A DNA stretch of 64,000 nt, taken from contig JACPWG010000096.1 of assembly GCA_016197205.1 (NCBI GenBank), positions 29,902 through 93,901 of the forward strand, read 5' to 3'. Below, in pieces: positions 19,305 to 27,724 of this stretch; positions within the stretch are counted from its first letter, which is position 1, and every line of letters starts with the position of its first letter. Position numbers and translations under genes: made by a program. The notes under the pieces are model-generated. The model did no database searches. It was not told the origin of the DNA and saw only the letters and a list, made by a program, of their open reading frames with translations. This DNA comes from Planctomycetota bacterium. GTDB lineage: Bacteria; Planctomycetota; MHYJ01; WSZJ01; JACPWG01.

Positions 19305-19482
19305 CCTCGCGCCCAGCCACTCCTTCGCCGCATCCAACAGGCTGTAGAACGCCGACACGACGACGAGCGTCAGCCCCGTCGACACGATCACTCCCCCGAT
19401 GACCGCCATGCACATGGGAACCCGGATTTCCCCGTCCGGCCCGAGCGCGAGCGCTCCCGGCACGGCCCCCGCCACGGTGGAA
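19305..19482 (-). pseudogene. Orphan fragment duplicating about 57 codons of the C-terminal region of the RND transporter gene 21390..24497. It corresponds to the displaced 3' end at an integration site.
   Basis: The translation AGAVPGALALGPDGEIRVPMCMAVIGGVIVSTGLTLVVVSAFYSLLDAAKEWLG is about 90% identical to residues near the RND C-terminus. The DNA is about 90% identical to 21459..21630. Confidence 0.7.
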
Positions 19483-19660
19483 TTTCCTTGGCTCCCGTTT
19501 CCCGGCTTGGGATACTACGCAGTCGGGAAGGCCTGGAGAGCGTACACGAACACCTCCCATGCGGACAGGGGCACCGCTGCGGACAGGGGGTACCGCGACG
19601 ATCCACGCAGTCACGGAACTCCATGCGACAATCCTTTTCCCGACTTGACAGGGGTGACCA

Positions 19661-20419
19661 ATGGCTAAGTGGTTTCGCACGAGGATACGGGAGGCCCGAG
19701 AACGCCTTGGACTGTCTCAGGCGGAAATGTGCCGGAGGTTCGGGGTCACCCAAAGCGCGATCTCGACCTGGGAAAATGGTACGTCGGAACCGCGGGACGA
19801 GCAGTACGAGAAGGTTGTCAGCTTGATCGAGAGTCTCGAGATTCAAGCGGAAGCAGACTCCAAAAGAGTCGTCGCAGACGAGCAACCCAGCGACCAGGAC
19901 GGCGAGCAGGACGTAGGTCAGGGACAGGTTGTTGATGGGAGGAGCAAGGGACCGACCAAAAGGGAATCAAAGATCGATGACGATGTCGTCCTTGGCCTCG
20001 TCCCTGCGGATGGGGCAGCCATCGGCAACCTCCGTCTGATAAAGGAGGTCGAGGCACGTGGCTGGAACTCGGACAAATTCTGGAGGGTTCGAGATCGGCT
20101 TCTCGATGCCGGGAGAATCATCAAAGGGCGAGGTCGCGGAGGTAGCGTCCGTCGACAGGTGATCGAGGCTGCTGAGCAAGCTACACCCTTGGCCGGGCCA
20201 CGGCTGCGCGTATCCGAGCAGTCTCTCTACTCCCCGTTGCTGAAGGTGCTTCAGGGCGAGTGGGTCAAGGACATGCAACTTGCGCCTCACCAGATCCATT
20301 TCGAGGAAACGGCGAAGCAGGGGAAAAAGGCGACAGGTGGTACGTGGACGCGGCCCGATATCACGGCTGTCAGCGTACGCTCGTATCCATATCTCCCAAA
20401 CAAATACCTCGACGTGTAG
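19661..20419 (+). CDS. Xre-type HTH protein forming the N-terminal 252 aa of an HTH/PD-(D/E)xK-like nuclease ORF. It terminates at an amber codon 20417-20419 that is in frame with the next ORF.
   Basis: The N-terminus has an HTH_3 pattern: LGLSQAEMCRRFGVTQSAISTWENG. The C-terminus contains ..TRPDITAV.. (a candidate PD motif). Local GC is lower, about 52-58%. Confidence 0.6.
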   Translation: MAKWFRTRIREARERLGLSQAEMCRRFGVTQSAISTWENGTSEPRDEQYEKVVSLIESLEIQAEADSKRVVADEQPSDQDGEQDVGQGQVVDGRSKGPTKRESKIDDDVVLGLVPADGAAIGNLRLIKEVEARGWNSDKFWRVRDRLLDAGRIIKGRGRGGSVRRQVIEAAEQATPLAGPRLRVSEQSLYSPLLKVLQGEWVKDMQLAPHQIHFEETAKQGKKATGGTWTRPDITAVSVRSYPYLPNKYLDV

Positions 20420-20437
20420 ACCTTTGAGGCCAAGACG

Positions 20438-20743
20438 GTGGACGGGCTCGACGTGACGGCGATCTTTGAAGCCGCAGCGCACGCCAGTCGTGCGACCAGA
20501 TCGTATGCTCTTTTGCAAGTACCCGAGAAGGACAGCGAGCACACGGAGGAAATCCTGAGTCGGTGCGTGTACGAAGCCACGCCCCTTCGCGTCGGGATGA
20601 TCACTTTCATCGATCCAGCGAACTATGCTACTTGGGACCCTCGTGTGGACGCACCGCGGGTCGACACGGATCCTGAACTCTTGATGCAATTCATCGCCAC
20701 ACTGACGGATGAGGCTCGAAAGCGCCTCTCGGAGTGGAAGTGA
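20438..20743 (+). CDS. In-frame continuation of 19661..20419, separated only by a TAG and 6 sense codons. It contains FEAK (a candidate (D/E)xK motif). It is either the C-terminal part of a nonsense-interrupted nuclease or an independent small ORF with a GTG start.
   Basis: Frame arithmetic: 20438-19661 = 777 = 3x259. The sequence reads ..KYLDV* TFEAKTVDGLDVTAIFEAAAHASR... It has the same codon bias as the upstream ORF. Confidence 0.45.
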   Translation: MDGLDVTAIFEAAAHASRATRSYALLQVPEKDSEHTEEILSRCVYEATPLRVGMITFIDPANYATWDPRVDAPRVDTDPELLMQFIATLTDEARKRLSEWK

Positions 20744-20943
20744 CGGGGCCGCACGACTGCGCTCTGCTTCTGGATCGGTGGACACGAACCTGTGCTCCGA
20801 CTTCGACAAGTGAGTCGCGTGCCAGCCGATCACAGCGGATCGTGCCACGCGCCGCCGCTCATGCAGACCAGTCCACTGCATCAGCGCCTTGCCCGGCAGG
20901 CGAGCCATGCGATCGGATCACGCGAACATCGGAGGACGGACGC

Positions 20944-21144
20944 ATGAACATCGAAATCGAGCGCGAGTCGGACGGGAGGTGGATCGCGGAAGTGCCGGAT
21001 CTGCCGGGGGTGATGGCGTACGGGCGGACTCGAAAGCAAGCGATAGCGAAGGCTGAGTCGTTGGCGCTGCGGGTGATCGCGGATCGCCTCGATCATGGGG
21101 AGGCGGTTCCGGAGTTGCACGAGCTCTTCGCGGTGTCCGCATGA
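20944..21144 (+). CDS. hicB: HicB-family antitoxin.
   Basis: MNIEIERESDGRWIAEVPDLPGVMAYGRTRKQAIAKAESLALRVI is HicB/UPF0150-like. GGAGGA lies 8 nt upstream of the start. A 4-nt overlap links it to hicA. Confidence 0.7.
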   Translation: MNIEIERESDGRWIAEVPDLPGVMAYGRTRKQAIAKAESLALRVIADRLDHGEAVPELHELFAVSA

Positions 21145-21356
21145 GTCGCTGGCCGTCGGCCAAGGCAAAGCTGGTTCTTGCCGCGCTCTTCCGCATCGGT
21201 TGGGTCGTCAAGCGCCAAAGCGCGGGATCGCACCGCGTGCTCGCTCGACCGGGCTGGTTGGATTACGTCTTCGCCTTTCACGACCGAAATGAAATTGGCC
21301 CCCGGATGCTCGCCCGGATCGCGAAGCGCACCGGCCTGCGCCCGAAGGATCTCTAG
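21141..21356 (+). CDS. hicA: HicA-family mRNA interferase toxin.
   Basis: MSRWPSAKAKLVLAALFRIGWVVKRQSAGSHRVLARPGW is a YcfA/HicA-like fold. Confidence 0.7.
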   Translation: MSRWPSAKAKLVLAALFRIGWVVKRQSAGSHRVLARPGWLDYVFAFHDRNEIGPRMLARIAKRTGLRPKDL

Positions 21357-21389
21357 GGTCGGCCGAATTTCCATTTTTGGGACCGTGCC

Positions 21390-24300
21390 CTACCTGATCG
21401 CTGATCCAGTGTCCACAGGTTCGCGCAAGGTCATTTCTGGCGTCCTGCTCACGACCCCGCCCAGCCACTCCTTTGCCGCATCCAGCAGGCTGTAGAACGC
21501 CGGCACGACGACGAGCGTCAGCAGCGTCGACACGACCATCCCGCCGATCACGGCCATGCACATGGGCACCCGGATCTCCCCGCCCGGCCCGAGCGCCAGC
21601 GCCCCCGGCACGGCCCCCGCCACGGTCGAAAGCGACGTCATCAGGATCGGACGCAGCCGCACCGGGCAGGCCTCGAGCAGCGCCTCGTCCCGCCCCTTGC
21701 CGGCCTCCCGGAGCTGGTTCGTGTAGTCCACCAGCAGGATCGAGTTTTTCTTCGCGATCCCCATCAAGAGGAGAATGCCGATCATGCTGTAGATGTTGAG
21801 CGAGGCGCCCGCCAGCCACAGCGCGACCAGCGCGCCCGTGACGCTGAAGGGGAGCGCGAGGAGGATCGTGAGCGGGTGCGCGAAGCTGTTGAACTGCGAG
21901 GCGAGGATCATGTACGCGACGAGGATGCCCAGGCCGAGGGCGAAGAGGAGGCTCTCGAAACTCTCCCGAAACGTCTGGGCGCTGCCGGACACCACCAGGC
22001 GATAGCCTTCGGGCACCACCTCGCGTCCGATCCGCTCGACCGCGGCCAGCGCGTCCGCCTGCGACTTTCCGGGCGCGACGTTGCCGAAAACGCCGATCGC
22101 CCGCTCCCGCCCGCGTCGTTGAATCACCTGGAGCGTCGGCTCTTCTTTCACCGTCACGACGTCCGAGAGGCGGATGAGCGCGCCCTCGCGATTCCGCACC
22201 GCGAGTCGACGCAGGTCCTCCGGACGGAAGCGTTGCGCGCGCAGCAGCCGCACGCGGACGTCGTACCGTCGGCCGCGCGACTTGAAGCGACCTGCGCGGA
22301 CGCCCCCCACCAGCGCATTCACGGTCGTGCCGATGGAGGCCATGCTTACGCCGAGGTCCGCCGCCCGCTTCCGATCGGGGAGGACCTTCGCCTCGGGCTG
22401 CCCGACCAGGTAGTCCGTGTCGACATCCACGCACAGGCCCGTCTCCTTCATCCGGTCCATGACCTCTCGGGAGACCTCCGCCAGCTTGTCCCAGTCCGCC
22501 CCGCGGATCGAGAACTCCACGGGATAGCCGCGCTGCGCGCTGAAGCCCGTCTGCGACAAGTCCTGAATGCCGACCCTCACGCCGGGCATGCGGTTGAGCT
22601 GGGTCCGGAACCGCGCCATCAGGTCCTGCATCGTCGCCTGCCGCCCGCGCTTCGGCTTGAACGTCGCGAAGAGGATCGCGGTGTTCACGTCGCCGCCGCC
22701 GAAACCGCCGACCGAGGAGAAGTACCGGTCCAGCTCGGGCTGCGCCATGGCGTAGGCTTCGCACCGGCGGACCAGCTCGTCCGTCGCCTCGATGGACGTG
22801 CCGACCGGGGTCTGGATCCGCGCGAGGAAGCGGCTCTGGTCCTGCGAGGGGACGAATTCCCTCGGCAGGAAAAGCACGGCGACGCAGGAGGAAACGAAGA
22901 GCGCCGTCGCGAGGAGCAGCGTCGCCAGGCGCCACCGGAGGCACCACCGGAGCACCCCGCCGTAGAAGCGCGCCAGCGCCCCGAACGCGTGGTCGGCCAA
23001 GGCCCCGATGCGCGTGGTGCGTGCCCCGACGTCCAGGAACTGCGCGCAACGCGAGGGCGTGAGGGTGAGGGCCTCCAGGAGCGAGAGCGCGACGGCGACC
23101 GAGAGCGTCACGCCGAACTGGAAAAAAAAGACTCCGATGATGCCCTTCATGAAGGCGACCGGGAGGAAGATCGCCAGGATCGCGGCGGTGGCCGCGATCG
23201 CCGCGAACGCGATCTGCCCTGTCCCCTCGGAGGACGCGCGGACGCGGTCCTTGCCCGACTGCGCGTGCCGGACGATGTTCTCCATCACCATGATCGCGTC
23301 ATCGACCACGATGCCGACGGAAAGGGACAGCGCGAGCAGGGAGAAGGTGTTGAGCGTGAACCCGAGGAAGTACATCGCGGCGAAGGCGCCGATGATGGAG
23401 GTCGGGATCGCGAGGAGGATGTTGAGGGTCGAGGTGAGCGACCCGAGGAAGAGCCAGCAGACGAAAGCCGTGAGAAGGATGGAGAGGACGAGCGTGAACT
23501 CGATCTCGTGAATCGCCTCCTCGACGAAGGCGGTGGCGTCGAACACGACCGACAGCTCGAGGTCTTTCGGGAGCTGTTTCCGGAGCTCCGCAACGCGGGC
23601 CTTCACGGCCTGGCCGACCGCGACGGCGTTGGCCCCGCGCTGCTTCTTGATCCCCATGCCCTGGGCGGGGAGGCCCATGGAGCGCGCGATCCGGCGCACG
23701 TCCTCGAAGCCGTCCTGGACGAGCGCGACGTCCCGCAAGAGGACCGGCCGTCCGCCCCGCTCCGCTACGACGATCGAGCGGAGACCCTCCAGGGAAAAGG
23801 CCTCCCCCTCGACGCGGACGTTCACTTCCCGGACCGAGGTCTCGATGCGACCGGCCGGCACTTCCACGTGCTCGCGGGCAAGCGCCGCGACCACGTCCTC
23901 GACCGTGAGCCTGTACGTCTCCAGCCCGTCGAGGTCAAGCCATACGCGGACGTTTCGGTCGAGGTAGCCGCCGAGCATGATCTCCGCCACGCCGGGAACG
24001 GTCTGGAGCTTCTCCTTGAGGGTGAAGCGCACGTAATCGGCCAAGTCCTGCGGCGGACGAGCGCCCGCGAGCGCCACCCACATGATGGGCTGGTCCTCGG
24101 GATTCGTCTTCGTGACCACCGGCGGATCCAGGTCGCGCGGGAGTCGCCGCTGCGCCTGGGCAATCTTGGTTTGCACCTCCTGAAGGGCCTGGTCGATGTT
24201 TCGGCCCAGGTTGAATTCGATCGTGATCGTTGCGGCACCGTTCTTCGAACTGGAGGAAACCTCGCGGACCCCGTCGACCGTCATCACGGCGTCCTCGATG

Positions 24301-24497
24301 AGATCGACGACGTCCGTCTCCATGATTTCGGGGGCCGCCCCTTCCAGCGTGACGGCGACGGTGACGACCGGGAAGTCGACGTCCGGCATCTGGCTCACGC
24401 CCAGGCGTGCGAACCCGATCCCCCCGAAGAGGAGGAGCGAGAGCATGAGCATCCAGGCGAAGACGGGATTCTTGATGCTGAGGTCGGAGAGAAACAT
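21390..24497 (-). CDS. RND efflux transporter permease subunit (AcrB/CzcA superfamily), 1035 aa.
   Basis: The canonical start MFLSDLSIKNPVFAWMLMLS is present. There are 12 transmembrane segments and two large periplasmic loops. Confidence 0.9.
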   Translation of the reverse strand: MFLSDLSIKNPVFAWMLMLSLLLFGGIGFARLGVSQMPDVDFPVVTVAVTLEGAAPEIMETDVVDLIEDAVMTVDGVREVSSSSKNGAATITIEFNLGRNIDQALQEVQTKIAQAQRRLPRDLDPPVVTKTNPEDQPIMWVALAGARPPQDLADYVRFTLKEKLQTVPGVAEIMLGGYLDRNVRVWLDLDGLETYRLTVEDVVAALAREHVEVPAGRIETSVREVNVRVEGEAFSLEGLRSIVVAERGGRPVLLRDVALVQDGFEDVRRIARSMGLPAQGMGIKKQRGANAVAVGQAVKARVAELRKQLPKDLELSVVFDATAFVEEAIHEIEFTLVLSILLTAFVCWLFLGSLTSTLNILLAIPTSIIGAFAAMYFLGFTLNTFSLLALSLSVGIVVDDAIMVMENIVRHAQSGKDRVRASSEGTGQIAFAAIAATAAILAIFLPVAFMKGIIGVFFFQFGVTLSVAVALSLLEALTLTPSRCAQFLDVGARTTRIGALADHAFGALARFYGGVLRWCLRWRLATLLLATALFVSSCVAVLFLPREFVPSQDQSRFLARIQTPVGTSIEATDELVRRCEAYAMAQPELDRYFSSVGGFGGGDVNTAILFATFKPKRGRQATMQDLMARFRTQLNRMPGVRVGIQDLSQTGFSAQRGYPVEFSIRGADWDKLAEVSREVMDRMKETGLCVDVDTDYLVGQPEAKVLPDRKRAADLGVSMASIGTTVNALVGGVRAGRFKSRGRRYDVRVRLLRAQRFRPEDLRRLAVRNREGALIRLSDVVTVKEEPTLQVIQRRGRERAIGVFGNVAPGKSQADALAAVERIGREVVPEGYRLVVSGSAQTFRESFESLLFALGLGILVAYMILASQFNSFAHPLTILLALPFSVTGALVALWLAGASLNIYSMIGILLLMGIAKKNSILLVDYTNQLREAGKGRDEALLEACPVRLRPILMTSLSTVAGAVPGALALGPGGEIRVPMCMAVIGGMVVSTLLTLVVVPAFYSLLDAAKEWLGGVVSRTPEMTLREPVDTGSAIR
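21459..21630. repeat. Direct repeat (the intragenic copy inside the RND gene) of the 172-bp sequence also found at 19311..19482.
   Basis: About 90% nucleotide identity. Confidence 0.65.
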
Positions 24498-24760
24498 GCT
24501 GTGGATTTGAGATTTGAGAATGGAGAATTCAGATTTGGGCAGGGTTCAAATCGGCAGCGTGAGGGAAACACGCTTTCGTGTCCGGACGTAGGGGCGGGCC
24601 TTGTGCCCGCCCTGTTGGCGACACCGCGCAGTCCAACGGCTTGCGGCCAGTCGTGGGCGCCCACAAGGGGCGCCCCTACGGCGGGTGGCCGGCGGCAGGC
24701 TGTAACGAAAGCCGGCCGCGGTCGGCTCGCCGTCAATTCTCAAATCCCAAATCCCAAATC
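24498..24760. repeat. MITE-like insert filling the MFP-RND intergenic space. It has inverted GATTTGAGATTTGAG... ends and an internal GC-rich palindrome GGGCGCCCACAAGGGGCGCCCCTAC. A related copy lies at about 54930..55100.
   Basis: The ends at 24504-24540 and 24740-24760 are inverted repeats of the (C)AAATCCCAAATC type. The internal roughly 100 bp are shared with 54940-55060. Confidence 0.5.
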
Positions 24761-26050
24761 TCAATTCCCCTTTTTGGCGTCCTCCTCCTCGGTGATCGTC
24801 TCCACCGGGGCGCCGTCGCGGAGGACGGAGGCGCCGCGGATGACCAGCAGTTCGCCGGCGGCGACGCCGGAGAGGACCTCGACCTCTCCCTCGCGCGTGT
24901 GCAGCCCCAGGCGCAACTCGCGTGCGCGCGCGGTCCCCTGGTCCGCGACGTAGGCCAGGAAGCCGCGGTCCGTCGGTTGCACGGCGGACTCGGGGACGAC
25001 GACCGCCTGTTGTCGCGTCTCCAGGGTGATCCGGACCTTGGCGAAGGACCCGGGCTTGAGCTGCGCGTCGTGATTTTCCATCCGCGCCAGGCACTCCACC
25101 GTGCGCGTGGCGGCGTCGGCGACCTGCCCGACGTGGAAGAGCGTCGCCGGAAATTCGCGCTCGCCGGCGGTGCGCACGGAAAAGACGACGGTCGGCGCGT
25201 GGGAGCCGGCGACCGCCGCCGCTTCCGTTTCGTTCAACTGGAAGCGCAGGCGCACGGACTCCAGGTTCACGATCGTCGCGACGACGGTCCCGATCGTGAC
25301 GTATTGTCCCTGGCCGACGCGACGCGCGTTGATGACGCCCGGAATCGGCGCGCGGATCACGGCGTCGCGTGCGTCCAGTTCCGCAAGGCCGAGCGCGGCC
25401 TTGGCCTCCGCGGCGGCGGCGCGCAGCTTCTCCACCTGCGCGTGCACCATGGTCTGGGCCTCGTCCGCGCCCGCCTTCGCCCGCTCCACGCGCGTCCGGT
25501 ACGTGCTCAGCTCTTCCTCCGTGACCCAGCCCGGATCCTTCTCGCGCACCCGGTCCCGCTTCGCAAGGGCGTCCTCCGCCTCTTTCAGGTCGGCGGCTGC
25601 CTTGTTCACGAGGGCGTTGGCCTTCCCCTCCGCCTCGCGGGCCTCGGCCTCGGCCCGGTCCAGCGCCGCGCGGGCGCGGTCCACGGCCAGGCCGTAGCGC
25701 GCGGCGTTGATTTCCGCGAGCGCGTCCCCGGCCTGGACGCGGTCCCCCTCGGCGAACCGGATCGCGCCGATGACCCCTGCCACGCGGGCCGGGATCTGGA
25801 CCTCCTCGTCCGCCTCCAGTCCGCCGACCGTTTCCACCACGTACACGACGGGCTGGGTTTTTACCTGCGCGGCGACTACGCGGAAGCCCTTCTTCGGACC
25901 GCCGGCCCCCTTGCCCCCGCCGCCCGGCCCGCCCTCCTTTCCGCAACCTCCGAGGAGGAGCGCAGGGAGGAGCAGCGCGACGGCCAAGGGCCGTCCGCTT
26001 TCCGGCGAGCGTGTCGAGAGACCCCTGCTACGCCCACGGTCACGGTTCAT
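24761..26050 (-). CDS. RND efflux periplasmic adaptor (membrane fusion protein), a lipoprotein.
   Basis: ATG at 26050 (MNRDRGRS...). The lipobox is LLLGGC. Coiled-coil and beta-barrel regions follow. It overlaps the upstream OMF gene by 4 nt. Confidence 0.8.
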   Translation of the reverse strand: MNRDRGRSRGLSTRSPESGRPLAVALLLPALLLGGCGKEGGPGGGGKGAGGPKKGFRVVAAQVKTQPVVYVVETVGGLEADEEVQIPARVAGVIGAIRFAEGDRVQAGDALAEINAARYGLAVDRARAALDRAEAEAREAEGKANALVNKAAADLKEAEDALAKRDRVREKDPGWVTEEELSTYRTRVERAKAGADEAQTMVHAQVEKLRAAAAEAKAALGLAELDARDAVIRAPIPGVINARRVGQGQYVTIGTVVATIVNLESVRLRFQLNETEAAAVAGSHAPTVVFSVRTAGEREFPATLFHVGQVADAATRTVECLARMENHDAQLKPGSFAKVRITLETRQQAVVVPESAVQPTDRGFLAYVADQGTARARELRLGLHTREGEVEVLSGVAAGELLVIRGASVLRDGAPVETITEEEDAKKGN

Positions 26051-27531
26051 TTCCACGTCGTCTCCGGAATGCGACCCAGGGCCGCGTCCAACGCCGCCTC
26101 GTCGAGCAGCCGCTGGCAGCGCTGTCGTTCCAGGTCGAGCCGCGCGGCCTGCAACTGATTCTGCGCCGCCAGCACCTCGAGGTTGGACGCGAGCCCCTGC
26201 CGGTACTCCTCCTGGCTGAGGCGAAAATTCTCCTCGGCGAGACGCGCACTCGCCTCGAACTGCGCATACAGCCGGGCGCTCGAACGCAGCCCCAGCCACG
26301 TCTCGCGCACTTCGCCGGCGACCTGTCGCAGCAGCGCCGCGTGCCGAAGGCGGGCCTGGCGCAGCGCGGACTGCGCTTCGCGGATCCGTGCGCGTGCGGC
26401 CCCTCCCTCGAAGAGCGGGTACTCCAGGCCCAGGGTCACGTCCCAGTCGGTGGCCTGCTGCACCTCGGAGAAGCCGTCCCGGTGGACGTACCAGTTGGCG
26501 GTGACGTCGGCGGACGGCCACAAGTCCCCTTGCTGGACCGAGACCGCCTCCTCCGCGGCCGCGATTTCGCGGGCGCGCGCGCGGACGTCCGGCCGCCGTT
26601 CCGTCGCCGTCGCGAGGAGCGGGGCCGGGTCCTCGGGCGCGGGCCGCTCCGCCGACTCGTCCGCGAGCGGTTGCGTGACTTCCCGGCCCACGACCACGCC
26701 CAGCCGCGTGCGGGCGATGGCGGCGTCGTTGCGCGCCCGCTCGAGCGCGGCCTCGTCCTGCGCGAGCTGCGTCTGGACGGACAGCAGCTCCGTCTTTCGC
26801 GCGAGGCCGCTTTCGCGCCGCGCCTGGACTTCGCGCGCACGCTCGCCGCCGAGCCCGACCGCCGCCTCCCGGGTCTTCACCTGGGCCTCGGCGAGCAGCA
26901 CCGAAAAAAAATCCTGGGCGACCAGCAGGAACACGAGCCGCTCCTCCTCCCGCAGGGCTTCGCGCGCCGCCTCGGACAGGCGGTCCGCCTGCCGGAGGCC
27001 GGCGAATTCCTTGAAGCCTTTGAAAAGCGGCTGCCGGAGCTGCACGCTCGCCTCGCGCCGGTCCGGCTCCACGGAGAAGCCCGAACCTCCGCCTCCGAAG
27101 CCGGCGAGGTCGCCCCCGCCTCCTCCGCCGGCCTTGAACTCGTCCTGCCGGAAATAGCTGCCGTGTACCGTGACCCGCGGGAGGACGCCGGCGATCGCCT
27201 GGTCCCGCCGGAGTACCGTCTGGAGCCACGACTCGCCGGCGAGACCCAGGCGCGCGTTTCTTGCGATCGCCGAGCGATAGCAGTCCGCGAGAGAGAGGGG
27301 ACCGGGCCCGTCCAAGGGGTCGGCGGGCGCCGGCGCCGCAACGGTCCGTTCCGCCTCGGGGTTCGGCGTCGCGGCCTCGGGCGCGGCGGTGGCGGCCGGG
27401 GCGACCGAAGGCGTCCCCGCGACGGCGGGAGGGACGTCCTTTAGCAAGGCCGCGCGATAGTGCTCGGGCTCGCGCGGGCGGCCGTCGGCGCAGCCTGCCC
27501 CCGCGGCCAGGAGTGCCAGCGCCGCGAGCAC
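26047..27531 (-). CDS. Outer-membrane efflux protein (TolC/OMF family). The start is uncertain.
   Basis: Two OEP repeats are present. A GTG start at 27531 would give MLAALALLAAGAGC. The 5' part of the 609-aa ORF is not protein-like. The stop overlaps the MFP start. Confidence 0.65.
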   Translation of the reverse strand: MLAALALLAAGAGCADGRPREPEHYRAALLKDVPPAVAGTPSVAPAATAAPEAATPNPEAERTVAAPAPADPLDGPGPLSLADCYRSAIARNARLGLAGESWLQTVLRRDQAIAGVLPRVTVHGSYFRQDEFKAGGGGGGDLAGFGGGGSGFSVEPDRREASVQLRQPLFKGFKEFAGLRQADRLSEAAREALREEERLVFLLVAQDFFSVLLAEAQVKTREAAVGLGGERAREVQARRESGLARKTELLSVQTQLAQDEAALERARNDAAIARTRLGVVVGREVTQPLADESAERPAPEDPAPLLATATERRPDVRARAREIAAAEEAVSVQQGDLWPSADVTANWYVHRDGFSEVQQATDWDVTLGLEYPLFEGGAARARIREAQSALRQARLRHAALLRQVAGEVRETWLGLRSSARLYAQFEASARLAEENFRLSQEEYRQGLASNLEVLAAQNQLQAARLDLERQRCQRLLDEAALDAALGRIPETTWK

Positions 27532-27724
27532 CCAGCGGGCGGACCTCGTCCCTGGGGACGCAGGCCCGACGGCGCCGGAACGGCCCTCCGAAACCCAGGC
27601 GTGGGTCTGCGCAGCTCCGGGGGTTGACGGCAGACAAGCCACTCGTCCCGCTCCCGCGCGCTGCGGTCGGGAGGGGCGCCACCCGGCAGCCCCCTCCGCG
27701 GACAGCGATGCGTGAGGCACGGGT

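Larger units (their letters stand above)
19483..21458. mobile_element. Lower-GC islet of about 2 kb inserted at the 3' end of the RND permease gene, bounded by 172-bp direct repeats. No integrase was detected.
   Basis: The direct repeats are 19311..19482 and 21459..21630. GC drops to about 55% from about 70%. Cargo is the HTH-nuclease ORF plus hicBA. A REP-like palindrome abuts the left direct repeat. Confidence 0.55.

Noticed and set aside
18228-19475. A 415-aa ORF that appears to fuse an RND C-terminal fragment to the metallophosphoesterase.
   Set aside because: The N-terminal 57 codons are the duplicated, displaced RND tail. The phosphoesterase has its own ATG (19007) with a conserved N-terminus (MKRIVVLGDVHGH). 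The in-frame continuity is coincidental in GC-rich DNA.
24761-27682. A single 973-aa ORF spanning the MFP and OMF region.
   Set aside because: The protein-like sequence starts only at MNRDRGRS (26050). Upstream of that, the ORF in that frame is Arg/Gly junk that overlaps the OMF gene, which is read in another frame. It was split into the MFP gene (24761..26050) and the OMF gene (26047..27531).
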